DNA of 64,000 nt from Batkoa obscura (taxonomy: Eukaryota), in NCBI GenBank assembly GCA_030770535.1, contig JASVEC010000012.1, forward strand, positions 806,001 through 870,000, written 5' to 3'. Every line of letters starts with the position of its first letter. Positions within the stretch are counted from its first letter, which is position 1. Both the position numbers and the translations under genes were made by a program. The notes beneath the pieces were generated by a model. That model was not told the origin of the DNA. It worked only from the letters and a program-made list of their open reading frames with translations, and made no database searches. Below, one piece after another: positions 37,833 to 49,808 of the stretch.

Positions 37833-40800
37833 CTATGTAATATAGCTATAAACTTTTGTTGATTTTGTATAGATAAGGTTGGATTCGCAGTGGGATATTA
37901 AACTGGGGTGATTCAGTCCAATGTAGTTTGTATATTTATGTACTTAGGTTGATAGAAAGTAAGGATAAGGTTGTCAATATATGGTGTTCTTAATATATAC
38001 TATAGACAATAGTTAATTAAAAGGCTTTACGTGGCTTAATAAAGATTGTTTAAGGAGATGAAAATATGAATCCGCAAAAAGAAAGGAGACAGAATAGTAT
38101 ATATAGAATTAGATTATGTATAAAGTATGGCAAATGTATTTAAAAATAGGTATATAAAATTTGAAACACTGTACACATAAAATCAGCCTTTCTTAGAATG
38201 AAAGAGAAAAATTGAAAGAAGTTAGGTTTATACAGATCAAAATTGGAAAAATAAAAAAGGGGTGGAAATGTAGGGTACAAAATATTGCAATTTTGATTGA
38301 GTATTGTTATAAAATTCGAGTTTAATTCTTTAAGTTAGGTTAATTTAATGGTTGAAATCTTGAAATCATTATTCATATTTTTGTTTATTCCTGATTGATT
38401 AGAATCAAAATATAATGCTTTAATTGGCTGCTTTTGAATTTTATAGTTTTTTTTACCAAGATTAAATAAGATAGAAGTATAAATTAGACAATATATTGCT
38501 ACTTAAATCATTTTATTTATTTATTATAACCTAAAAAACAGTCAGTATAAAGAAATTTTACTATTTATTAGAACGATATATTTAACTAATTAGAAAGAAT
38601 CTCTACTATACTTTTAAAGTCATAAAGTCATTAAATTTTTATTGATCTATATGACTATAATCTAGTCATTTGATTGACTTTGTTGTATCACTACTATTTA
38701 AAAATATTATTCAATTAAATTAATACATCATTTAAAATAGTATTTAGATAATAGTTTGGAATATTTTAAACATGAATTTAAACCATATATTCTTTAATTT
38801 AATACACATTATACCTTGATCTTTTTAATCTACTTAATTATTTAAAATACTTCATTATTAACCTAAACTTATTCCTATTCTATATTTTCTTCTTATTCAA
38901 TATTTTAATATAAGATACTTTAGCTTATAATTATTACATTTAATGAGCAGTACATTCTTAAAATCAACTTAGCTTTAATATCTATTGTCAAAATTGATGA
39001 CGAATATTGTTAATAATTGCTTTAATAAAAGTTTATATTGTATGATAAAATTAAAAATCAGACCTGTTAAGATTTTAACAAAAACAAAGATATGAAAATT
39101 AAACAAACATCTTTAGTCATATAAGCTTACTACAAAGTCATATACGTTTTCTATTCAATTCATTCTTTATTTCAACTTTGTTTACTCTTACAATAAAAGG
39201 TTATTTGAATTTGAAATATCAATAGGAGCATAACTTATTAAACCTGAAAATTCTTAAATGAATTATACTTTAATACCGTTTAACTAAATTGGGTAATATG
39301 AGATATTCCTATAAAAACAAAAAACGCAGAAAGTATAATGTCAAAAAAATATAAAGAAGCAGAAATTTAACCTGGAAGAATTTGATATTAGACCAAAATC
39401 ATGAAGAAAAAACATTGCTAATACTAAAAGGATGTAGCGTAAAATTTAATTACACTTATCAAGTGACTTTGATAAGGAAAATTATATTAATTATAAGTTT
39501 GAGTATCGAATGGACTCATTCTCTGACTTGAAAAAAGATGTGACTTTAAGCTTTTTTACCTTTGAAAACCACAACATCTTATTATCCCTTTATTATTTAT
39601 TTTTAGAAATGACGTAAGTTAGACACTGATAAGGTCAGCAAAAACCTGTTCAATATATTTTGCTAGGAAATATGTCGTATAGAAGGCTATAAAAAATTTA
39701 ATGTATACCATAATAAAGCATATGCTCTTATATTTTTGCCAAAAAGGGCTAAGATATATTTGTACTACATTAAAGTGAAAACATGTATGATTTTTGATGA
39801 AAATACCATTGACATTAACGACATTAAAAGAAAAACGTGATAGATGGAGCTTTAATAAAATTTATTCATTTGTAATAAAATATCATATTTAATAATAAAC
39901 CTGTTAGATATAAAGGATAAATGAGAAGGGATAAGTTATTTAGGCACTTTAGGTTTTAACATTTTATATATTAACCTTTATTTTTCATAAATCGAATACT
40001 GGATCATATTTAAATTATGTAAAATATTATCTTTAAGGGCAACCTTAATTTTATTTTGACTTTATGTTATAAAATAGTCAATATCATTTTTAAGCAATAT
40101 AGCTTGAAACTATTTATTGTAATGAAATTATTGACTACATCTAACACAAAATAACAGAAAATTTGTCAAAACATGTTAAAATTTTCGATAAACTCTTGGT
40201 CATACTATTTATACTATTTAAACGGGATTTTATTGCTATTAAACTATTTACGTAAAAACACAAAGCTGTAACTCGGTTAAGAGGACCTTGGATTACACAT
40301 GAAATTTACATTGTTTTATTTTACCCCTAGTATTATTACCTGAATCCAAATCTCAGAACTTGTTAACAATTATAATTTAATAAATTTCAAGGCTCAAGTC
40401 TTGATTGGAGATATCTCTTTTTGTTTAAGAAATTTACCAGCATTTTTTCTGCTCAATAGCATTCAAAAAATGGAAAAAGCTATGAAACAAAAAAACATCC
40501 CTATATCCAGTTCAAAGACACTTTCTAAACATTTTAAAAGCTTCAAAATAAGTGCTTACATCATAAACAATATAAGTTTATTATTACTTTTGTATTATGT
40601 TTATAGTCAATAGATAACTTTAATGTATTTGAGATTTGACTATTAAAAACGAAACAATCGTGTTATTTCAATAACCAAAATCCATTATTTAATATATTGA
40701 GTATATTTTATAAACTTTAAAGTCACTATTATTAAAATAAAAAATTTGGTTTGCATAATTATCATATGGAATGGCCAACCTTGTATGATTAGCTTGCATA

Positions 40801-41219
40801 AAATAAATCCAATCATTTAAGTTAAATTTATTAATTACAAATATTAGTTATGATCGGAACCTCAAAACATTATTTTTGCATTTGAAATGAATTAAATTTG
40901 GGACCTGCATATTTTGAAAAATCAATTTATTCATTAATATGAGGACTTTGCTAGTATTTATTCTATAACCTATCTTATTTTCCATAGATTTCTTTACAAT
41001 TCTGGCCAAATTCATCACAATAAAAGTATAGATTGCAATAATAAGAAGCTTTTATTAGGAAATCATCCTTATTTTAAACTAAAAGATAATTTTATATTTA
41101 CAATCAATAATGGGGATATCTGAATTGATTTCACTTTTTTATCCGATTTTTAAAATTTAAGTTATGAATAAAACAACCAATAAAATGTTATTAAAATAAA
41201 GCATAATTTTTTAAACATT

Positions 41220-41321
41220 TGGGGATGTATTTTTTGTTTAACAATTTCACTATCAATCTTTCCACTCAAATAGTGCTTAAAAGATGGAAAAAATAATGAA
41301 GCCAAAAAAAACACCCCCATA
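41220..41321 (-). mobile_element. ~104-bp MITE, copy 5
   Basis: Reverse-orientation copy, essentially identical to copy 6. Confidence 0.85.
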
Positions 41322-41480
41322 TTGTTTAAATCATAAGTTATAAAATTATTTATAGTAATTATTTATATTAACTTATATATTATTTTATATTAGATTTTTA
41401 TTATAATTTTTTAAAACTGTTAAATACTTTTACTTTTTAAAAAAGAACTTATAGAATTTTAAGCAAAGTTCTTAATATAA

Positions 41481-41582
41481 ATGGGGGTGTTTTTTTGGCT
41501 TCATTATTTTTTCCATCTTTTAAGCACTATTTGAGTGGAAAGATTGATAGTGAAATTGTTAAACAAAAAATACATCCCCATA
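41481..41582 (+). mobile_element. ~104-bp MITE, copy 6
   Basis: Forms an inverted pair with copy 5. Confidence 0.85.
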
Positions 41583-41768
41583 TATATTATAAATTAACAG
41601 AATTTTTATTAAATCTAATAAAAATTACTAGAATAAAAAGGTTTTTACTAATATAACCTATATATTAATATTAATTAAAATTATAATATATAAACAAATA
41701 CATATTTTTATAAAACTTTATTAAAAAATATTTATTACTAACTGCTTTATAATTAATATATTAATAAG

Positions 41769-42224
41769 TGTGAAAGTTGATACTCAGTAGTAGGAGTTAA
41801 AAGCAGTTCTTGCTTGATTAACTTGCCTTGAGTCGAAAGGTCTTAGTTTATGTAACTAAGATAGACTTAAATTAATAGGAATAGTACGTAATAAGCTACG
41901 GATTATGTAAAACAGATAGAATAGACAATACTACTGCAAAATCTACGTAAGACGTTGTCAGAAAGACTTAGTGACTTTATTAATAGTACGATATCAGGGA
42001 GTAATTCAATTAAAAAGCCTCGAGTTATCATGTTGAAGAATCTCTTTTATATTCTTTGCAATGTGAAGTTAGAAATTCTCACAGTAAATTAAAACAAGGA
42101 ACTCTGGATTGATTATATCACATGGTTCACGGTTAAATTGATTACAAGACTACCACTAGCTTTGTAAACAAGTTCAATGATTATTATATAATTAATCCGA
42201 GAGCTGATAAAGCAATATTTCACA
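41769..42224 (+). mobile_element. 456-bp solo-LTR-like element, copy A
   Basis: TGTGAAA...TTTCACA termini (TG..CA) and a near-identical inverted copy at 43040..43495. No TSD or PBS seen. Strand is arbitrary. Confidence 0.7.
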
Positions 42225-42390
42225 AAACAAATTAAATGATTCATTATGTTATAATCAATTATAAAGCTGATAAAACAATATTTCACAAAGTTAAATAAAA
42301 AAATTTAACTTAAAAAACTTATTTTAATTATTTTATTCTTTTTAAATAATTAAAAAAATTAATTATATACTTTATGTTGTTTTTATTAAA

Positions 42391-42490
42391 TAAGGATATA
42401 TTTTTGTGTTTGAGAATTTTACTAATGATTTTTTTACCTAAATAACGCTTAAAAAATAGAAAAAGTGATAGAGCTAAAAAGACACCCTCA
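42391..42490 (-). mobile_element. ~104-bp MITE, copy 7 (degenerate)
   Basis: Reverse copy with many C>T/G>A changes. Confidence 0.7.
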
Positions 42491-42553
42491 AATGTTTAGT
42501 AGATATATAATATATAATATATAATTATATAACTATTTCATTTTATTTTTTAT

Positions 42554-42584
<31 letters not shown>

Positions 42585-42763
42585 AAAATGCAAGCTTTTA
42601 TAACTAAACTTCAAGAAAAAATAAAATTTTAATATAATAATAAATTTAATCAAGGTATAAAAAATGCTTTAAAAGAAATAGGGAATAAAAACTAATAAAT
42701 AGCATTATTGTCAATTATAGCTTTAACATAATTTTTTGATAAATGTAAGGGTTTTGGCTTTAA

Positions 42764-42868
42764 TATGGGGGTGTCTTTTTTGGCTTCATTGTTTTTTCCA
42801 TGTTTTAAGCACTATTTGAGCGGAAAAATTGTTAGTAAAATTCTTAAACGCAAAAATACATCCTCATA
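42764..42868 (+). mobile_element. ~104-bp MITE, copy 8
   Basis: TATGGGGGTGTC...ATACATCCTCATA. Confidence 0.85.
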
Positions 42869-43039
42869 TAAATAAAAATTAATATAATTATTTAAAAATA
42901 ATTAATAACAATAAAATATCAACATTACAATTTATTATTAAAAATACAAAAAAAAAATAAGTAAATTAAAATTATTATGTAATATTTATTTAATAATTCA
43001 ATTATTTTATTAAGATTTAATAAAAAAAATAATATATGG

Positions 43040-43495
43040 TGTGAAATATTGCTTTATCAGCTCTCGGATTAATTATATAATAATCATTGAACTTGTTTAC
43101 AAAGCTAGTGGTAGTCTTGTAATCAATTTAACCGTGAACCATGTGATATAATCAATCCAGAGTTCCTTGTTTTAATTTACTGTGAGAATTTCTAACTTCA
43201 CATTGCAAAGAATATAAAAGAGATTCTTCAACATGATAACTCGAGGCTTTTTAATTGAATTACTCCCTGATATCGTACTATTAATAAAGTCACTAAGTCT
43301 TTCTGACAACGTCTTACGTAGATTTTGCAGTAGTATTGTCTATTCTATCTGTTTTACATAATCCGTAGCTTATTACGTACTATTCCTATTAATTTAAGTC
43401 TATCTTAGTTACATAAACTAAGACCTTTCGACTCAAGGCAAGTTAATCAAGCAAGAACTGCTTTTAACTCCTACTACTGAGTACCAGCTTTCACA
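43040..43495 (-). mobile_element. 456-bp solo-LTR-like element, copy B (inverted relative to A)
   Basis: Reverse complement of 41769..42224. Two transitions noticed near one end. Confidence 0.7.
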
Positions 43496-43640
43496 GTTTA
43501 TAAAACTGGTTGCAGTTTTGTAATTAATTTGATTATAATTTATGTAGTATAATCAATTCAGTTTTTTGTTTTAATTTGCTATAAGAATTTTTGTCACTTA
43601 ATTGCAAAAAAACATTATGTGTTTATTTTGACATTTACAT

Positions 43641-43673
<33 letters not shown>

Positions 43674-43687
43674 TATAACTATTATCA

Positions 43688-43881
43688 TGTTATAAAAGCT
43701 GGTCCTTAGTAGTTAGAGTTAAAAAGCAGTTTGTTTAATTAACTGGCTATAATTTAATTTTTTTTAGTTTATATAACTAATATAAGCTTAGATTTTACAA
43801 TATTGTTTTTTATTTTATTTATTTTATATAGTTTATAGCTTATTGTGTACTATTTTTATTAGTTTAAATTTATTTTAATTA
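43688..43881. mobile_element. Degenerate, internally rearranged relic of the LTR-like element
   Basis: AAAGCTGGTCCTTAGTAGTTAGAGTTAAAAAGCAG matches the element start; the second half matches the opposite strand (43320..43410). Strongly AT-shifted. Confidence 0.55.
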
Positions 43882-43986
43882 TATGGGGATGTACTTTTTT
43901 GTTTAAGAATTTTACTAACAATCTTTCCGCTCAAATAATGTTTAAAAAATGGAAAAAGTGATGAAATCAAAAAAAGCACCCTTATA
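43882..43986 (-). mobile_element. ~104-bp MITE, copy 9
   Basis: TATGGGGATGTAC...AAAGCACCCTTATA. Confidence 0.85.
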
Positions 43987-44220
43987 TTATAACTTTTTAT
44001 AAATAATAGTTAATTATTTTATTAACTAAGTATTAAATGTCGTACTTTTTTATTAAAATAATTAATTTTAACTTGATTTTTGTTGTAAATTTTATTATTT
44101 TTTATAATTTTATAGTAAATTAGAAGTTAATTTTAAATTAATTTTAGCTTAAAAATAAAAGCTAAAAATAAAATAAAATAAAAGCTTTGATAGATAATAA
44201 TTTTAATTTTTAATTTATAA

Positions 44221-44306
44221 AAGGATATCTACTTTGTTTAATAATTTTATTAATATTTTTTTATTTAATATTGTTTAAAAAATTAAAAATTAAAAAAACA
44301 CCTATA
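44221..44306 (-). mobile_element. MITE, copy 10 (heavily decayed, internally deleted)
   Basis: GGATATCTACTTTGTTTAATAATTTT...AAAAAACACCTATA aligns with the reverse consensus. Confidence 0.5.
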
Positions 44307-44631
44307 TAACTTGTTTTTTTATTTTTAAAGCTATTTTTATAATATTGATGCTTTAAGCTTGTTAATAGTTATAATTTCTTTTTAAAATTCATTTCTTAAA
44401 AACATTTAAAAAAAACTTGATTGATCAAAAAAATCAAATTGAGCTTATTCTCACCAAATTTCGATAATCTTAGTAACTTGACGCATTTCAATTTGCACTT
44501 CAATTTTGCAAAAAACTGAAACTTTCTAAGCCAACTATGCAATTTTATGAATTTCAAAAAATAGTCATAATTCAGTAGCGTTTTAATTTGAATTGATTTT
44601 AAAAAAATAACTATTTTACAATTGTATCAAT

Positions 44632-47600
44632 ATGTCGTTTAATGGCTTATTTTTCGGTAACATCGATGAAGAAGGGAATTTAGAAACTGATTTGGATAAG
44701 GTAAGTAGTTAAATTATTAGTGAACATATCAGAATAGGAAACGTAGTAATGCTAACTTCATTTATTTCAGGAAGTAGCCGAAAGTCTACAAAAAATGGAA
44801 GAGAGTGGAGCAAGTCATTTACTTGGTGAAATGTTTTCCGTTTCTGGTCTTGGTATTGATAGTAAAAATTTAAAAAAAACACAAGAAGAGGATGAAGAAT
44901 GGAGCCTTAGTAAACAAAATAAATTGAAATTACATGAAATTAAACCTATGGAAGATGCAGTGGATTATTCTAATTTTACAGAATTGGCAGAAGATAAAGA
45001 AAGAGATGAAAAATTGTATCAAAAAGGGCTACAAAGTTTGAAAAAGGAGAAACAAGAGGAAGATTATGACGAGGATTATGATGATGATGATGAACAGAAA
45101 GTACTTGAAAAAGCAGATAAAAAAGAAGTAAATAACAAAGAAGAAAATGAAAAAATGGATTCAACTACCAGTGCAAGTACAATTCAAGCTAAACCAACAG
45201 AAATAATTAAAGAAAAAGATTTAACCTTTGAAGAAGTTAAAAAAGCGTATCCAGCTTTTGAACCTCATGGTATACTAAAATTTACGGATCTGTTCGCTAA
45301 TCCGAATTTTAAAAATCAGAAGTATCCATTGAATTTTGCTAAAAAAGTGACCAATAATTTGGCCAAAATAAAAAACCAATGTCCTACTATTACTAAAGAA
45401 ATTGATGATCAATTGCTATTTAATACGGATTATGAACCTCAATCGCCCCCTAATTTATTAAGTCATTTAATTGAAATTTGTATGGAAAGTGAATTGCAGA
45501 GGAACCCACCTGTCATTGATGAAACAATTTCTGTAGGTATTAGATTTCAACTATAATAATATTATTATATTCATAAGTTAATTAGGAAGTTAATGATGAA
45601 GTATTAATGAATAGTAATATACCCGACTATTATGATCCGTTAGAATTAGAAGATTGGGAAAATAAAATTGTATGGGATATTAATGAAAAGTAAACTGAAT
45701 TATTAATAAACAAAAAAATAAATAACACTAATTAAATTAATAGTAATAAGCAACAACAGCATAAAGAAGAAGAAAATGATATAGTAATTTAATTTTATTA
45801 ATAATCAATCAACAATAATTCGATTTTTTTAAATAGAAAAATACATTAGGTTTTTATAACCAAGAATTGAATGAAGGCAATTGGGAAAAAAATATAGCAT
45901 GGGATGAAGAACAAGCGAAAAAAGTGAATTATCCATTGATATTAGATTTAAATGATTCGAATATGTTATTTGAAATAGCGAATCAAGAAAAAAATCCAGA
46001 AAATAAGGGAGATGAAACTAGTTTATTACGTATGCGATTATTAAAAAAAGCACGTAAGATGGGGATTACGGGTATCTCTTTATTAGGCAAAAACGTGGCA
46101 CGAGATCAATTAGATAAATTTAATTTATCGAATGATTTATATTATGAAGCTATTAAATCGGGTAAAGCGCAAAAAATTCGACAAACTTTTGGTCAAATTA
46201 TTATTCAACATGCAGGGGTAGCTCAACGTCTTCAGCCTCCCTTTTTTAAAACACGATTGACTAAAAATGATTTAAGAAGATGGCATAGGCCCCCAATTCA
46301 TTTTCCTATTGGTATTGAGTTGAAATGTATGCCCTCGAAAAAAGTTAAAAAGAAAAAAATGAAGTTAAAAGCTAAAGAAGAATTTATGCAAAAACATAGG
46401 GAAGTTACTTTGAAAGATGATACCCCTTTTGTTTTAGTTGAATATAGTGTGAGTTATTTTTATTAATTATAAATTCAATAAATAAGTTGAATTAATTAAT
46501 TAATTAATTAATTAATAGGAAGAATATCCACCTATTATACAAAATTGTGGTATGGGATCCTTATTAGTGAATTATTATCGTAAAAAAGATAAAGACGATG
46601 ATTATATTCATGATGTAAGGATTAAGATTAATATTTTAATTTAATGATATTACTAATAAACAATACTAAAAAATATAGCCCGATGTTGGGGAACCCATAA
46701 TTTTAGAACCTACGGATGTATCTCCTTTTATGAATTTTGGGGATGTTGAACCAGGAGAATTTAAAATGAGTTTATATAACAATTTGTTGAAAGCACCTGT
46801 ATTTCATCATAAACCTAAAGCTACAGATTTTTTGTTAATTCGGTAAAAAAATGGAATATTTTATCATTACAAGAAATAAGATTAATTTTTTATTTATTTC
46901 TTTAGTCATTCTATCAATGGGAAAAGTAAATATTTTATTCGAGAATTAACGGATTTATATGTGGCTGGTCAAACTTATCCTCAACAAGATGTACCAGGCC
47001 CTCATTCTAGAAGAATTACTACAACTATTAAAAATCGACTTCAAGTAATTTTATTATTATTGATATTATTATAATTAAAATAGGGCCAAATTTAATTAAT
47101 ACAATTTAATATATTAGGTAGCTGCTTTTCGATTGATAAGAGCTAGTGCTAAACGACATTTAAAAATCCAAAAATTAGCTAAATATTTTCCAGAATATAA
47201 CGAAAGTCAAATACGTACTAAATTAAAAGTAATTAGTTTTTAATTTTTATAAGAAATAGTAGAACGTAAGTAATATTCAATATTGATATTAATATTAGGA
47301 ATTTGCTGAATATTCAAGATCTGGACCAAGTGTTGGTTATTGGAAACTAAGACCTAATGTTACTTTACCAACAGAAGAAGAATTAACCAAAATGTGTACA
47401 CCAGAAATGGTAATTTTTATTCAATTAAATAATATTGATAATTTTAAGAAAAGAACTAATAATTAATAATTTTCAATAAGTTATGTTTATTTGAATCCAT
47501 GCTAGTTGGCAAACGACATTTGCAAGATGCAGGATATGGAAAATCAGCAGAACAAGAAGATGATGAAAACGAATTATCTTTAACTATTGAAGAACAGTTG

Positions 47601-49040
47601 GCACCCTGGATTACTACTAGAAACTTTATTAATGCAACGCAGGTAAAATAGAATTATTATTTCAAAAAAAGACAAGAATGATAGTAATATAATATATTTA
47701 GGGTAAAGCTATGTTAAAATTATATGGGGAAGGGGATCCTACTGGTCGTGGAGAAGGATTTTCATTTGTTAGAGTCTCTATGAAGGATATCTTTTTAAGA
47801 GCTGGTGAAAAAGCAGAAGAAAAACTAGGTAAACGTTTATAGTTTATATTATTTATTAATGATAATTAATTAACTTTAATTAGCTGAAATTGAAGCTCGA
47901 CCTAAAAGTGCTCATCGATATAATGTTGCTGAACAACAAAAGATCTATAGGGAAGAAGTAAATTTGATGTTGTGTAGAAAGAAGGATTATGATATTAACG
48001 AGAATTATTTAAATTTAGATAACTAGAATTTGGGATACCCAGAATGCATTTTTAGCTAATACAGATGATTTTCAATTAACTGAGGAGGATAGTGATGAAG
48101 ATATTGTAGGTCACCAACCGGTAAGTTTTAAAAGAATATAATAATTATATTAGAATAACAATCGGTGATTTATTCCATATCAATGTTAATCTATTATTTA
48201 ACTTGAATTATTATTTTATTAGAATTCTTTATTTCTTAAAAGAGATCCCAGTTTAGATTTAAGAACAGCCAAATCTTCCCGTCAATCTTCAGTTTCACCA
48301 AAACATATTGAATCACCATTTGAAACTGGGTCTATTGCAGGTACAAATAATTTAGAAGATGATATCTCAGTGGCTGGTTCTATTGGTTCCAATAAATCAG
48401 AATTAAGTAAAAAGAAAGTATTAATTGTTAAAAGATTGGTAAGTTTTTGATTAAAAATTTATAATTGATGAGGGTATTAATGAGGTATTATTAGGTACGT
48501 AAAATGGGTCAAGAGGAATGGGTTACGGAAAAAATTACACACCCGGCTGTTATTAAAGCGTACATGAGGAGAAGGGATACAATTAGAAATCCAAAATTAA
48601 AGTAAATTAATATTAATATAAATAATAATTTGTATTAATATATTGATATATTATTTAGTGAACCAATAACTGTTGATGAATTGAGAAAGAGGTAAATTAA
48701 TTTTATATATTTATATTTTAATAAAATCATTAAATAAATCATTAAATTATATTATAATTTATAGAACCGCGGATCAACTTATTAAAGTTAAAAATTCAAA
48801 AGAAAGAAGATTAAATAAATTAAAAGCACAAGAAGCTACTCAAGGTGGTACTATTCCTTCTCATTTAGCTCCAAGGGGTAAAAAAGAATTAATTGTAAGT
48901 AGAATTTATTGAATGGATTATTATTGTATTATTGTATATTAATTGTAATTATTTTACTTTAGCGTAAATGTGGCAATTGTGGTGAATTGGGTCATATGAA
49001 AACAAATCGTAAATGTCCAAAATATCATGAATTTAATTAA
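44632..49040 (+). CDS. TAF1: TFIID subunit 1 (fungal type, multi-exon, no bromodomains)
   Basis: FFGNIDEEGNLE, AVDYSN, LDLNDSNM, FNLSND.YY, LVEYSEEYPP..GMGS..NYYRK, GQTYP..VPGPHSR, LAPWITTRNF, GEGDPTGRGEGFSF, and C-terminal zinc knuckle CGNCGELGHMKTNRKCP. Confidence 0.95.
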
Positions 49041-49280
49041 AGTAAAAAATTATGTTTTTAATGGATGGGTGGAATTAGGTATGAATAAGGAATTTATTTT
49101 AAAAAAAAGTAATGCTTTTAAATTGTTAAAAAATAATCAAATAAAATTTTTAATACTATTTTTATTTTAAATGTAATAAAAATAGTTAATAAAAAAGAGA
49201 ATGAAAAATAATAAACTAATCTATCTATAAAAAAGTATCACCAACCTCATATTGTCTTACAACTCCACTTTCTTTTTAAC

Positions 49281-49761
49281 TTATTCAGTAATTGCTAAAT
49301 TTAATTTAATATTCATAGCCATTAATTCAGTAGCTAAAAATCTAAATACATAAGGTATAGCAATTAAATCAATGGAAGAATTTTCTAAACAAGTACGACA
49401 TTGTAAATGACGTTTGTTATTTAACTTATTATTACTAATAGACAATGTTGATAAAAAGGAACCACATGTACGACAAACATAAACCTAATAGAATAACAAT
49501 ATTAATATTAATAAAGATAAAAATAAAAATGATTATTTTACCTGAGAATAATCCGAACAATTCATTAATCTATCTTGTAATAAAAAGGAAACTCCATGAG
49601 CCAATAAAGAATCTCTTTCCATTTCACCAAATCGAATACCACCTGCCCTCTTTCTACCTTTAATTGGTTGTTGAGTTAATGCATGAACAGGACCAGTTGC
49701 TCTCACTTGATATTTATCTGAAACCATATGTCTTAAACGTTGATAATAAACCACCTAATAA

Positions 49762-49808
<47 letters not shown>

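Noticed and set aside
39090..41080. Coding-like patches, including ORF 40401..40613
   Set aside because: All frames are interrupted, and I could not build a splice model or recognise a motif; possibly decayed genes but unsupported.
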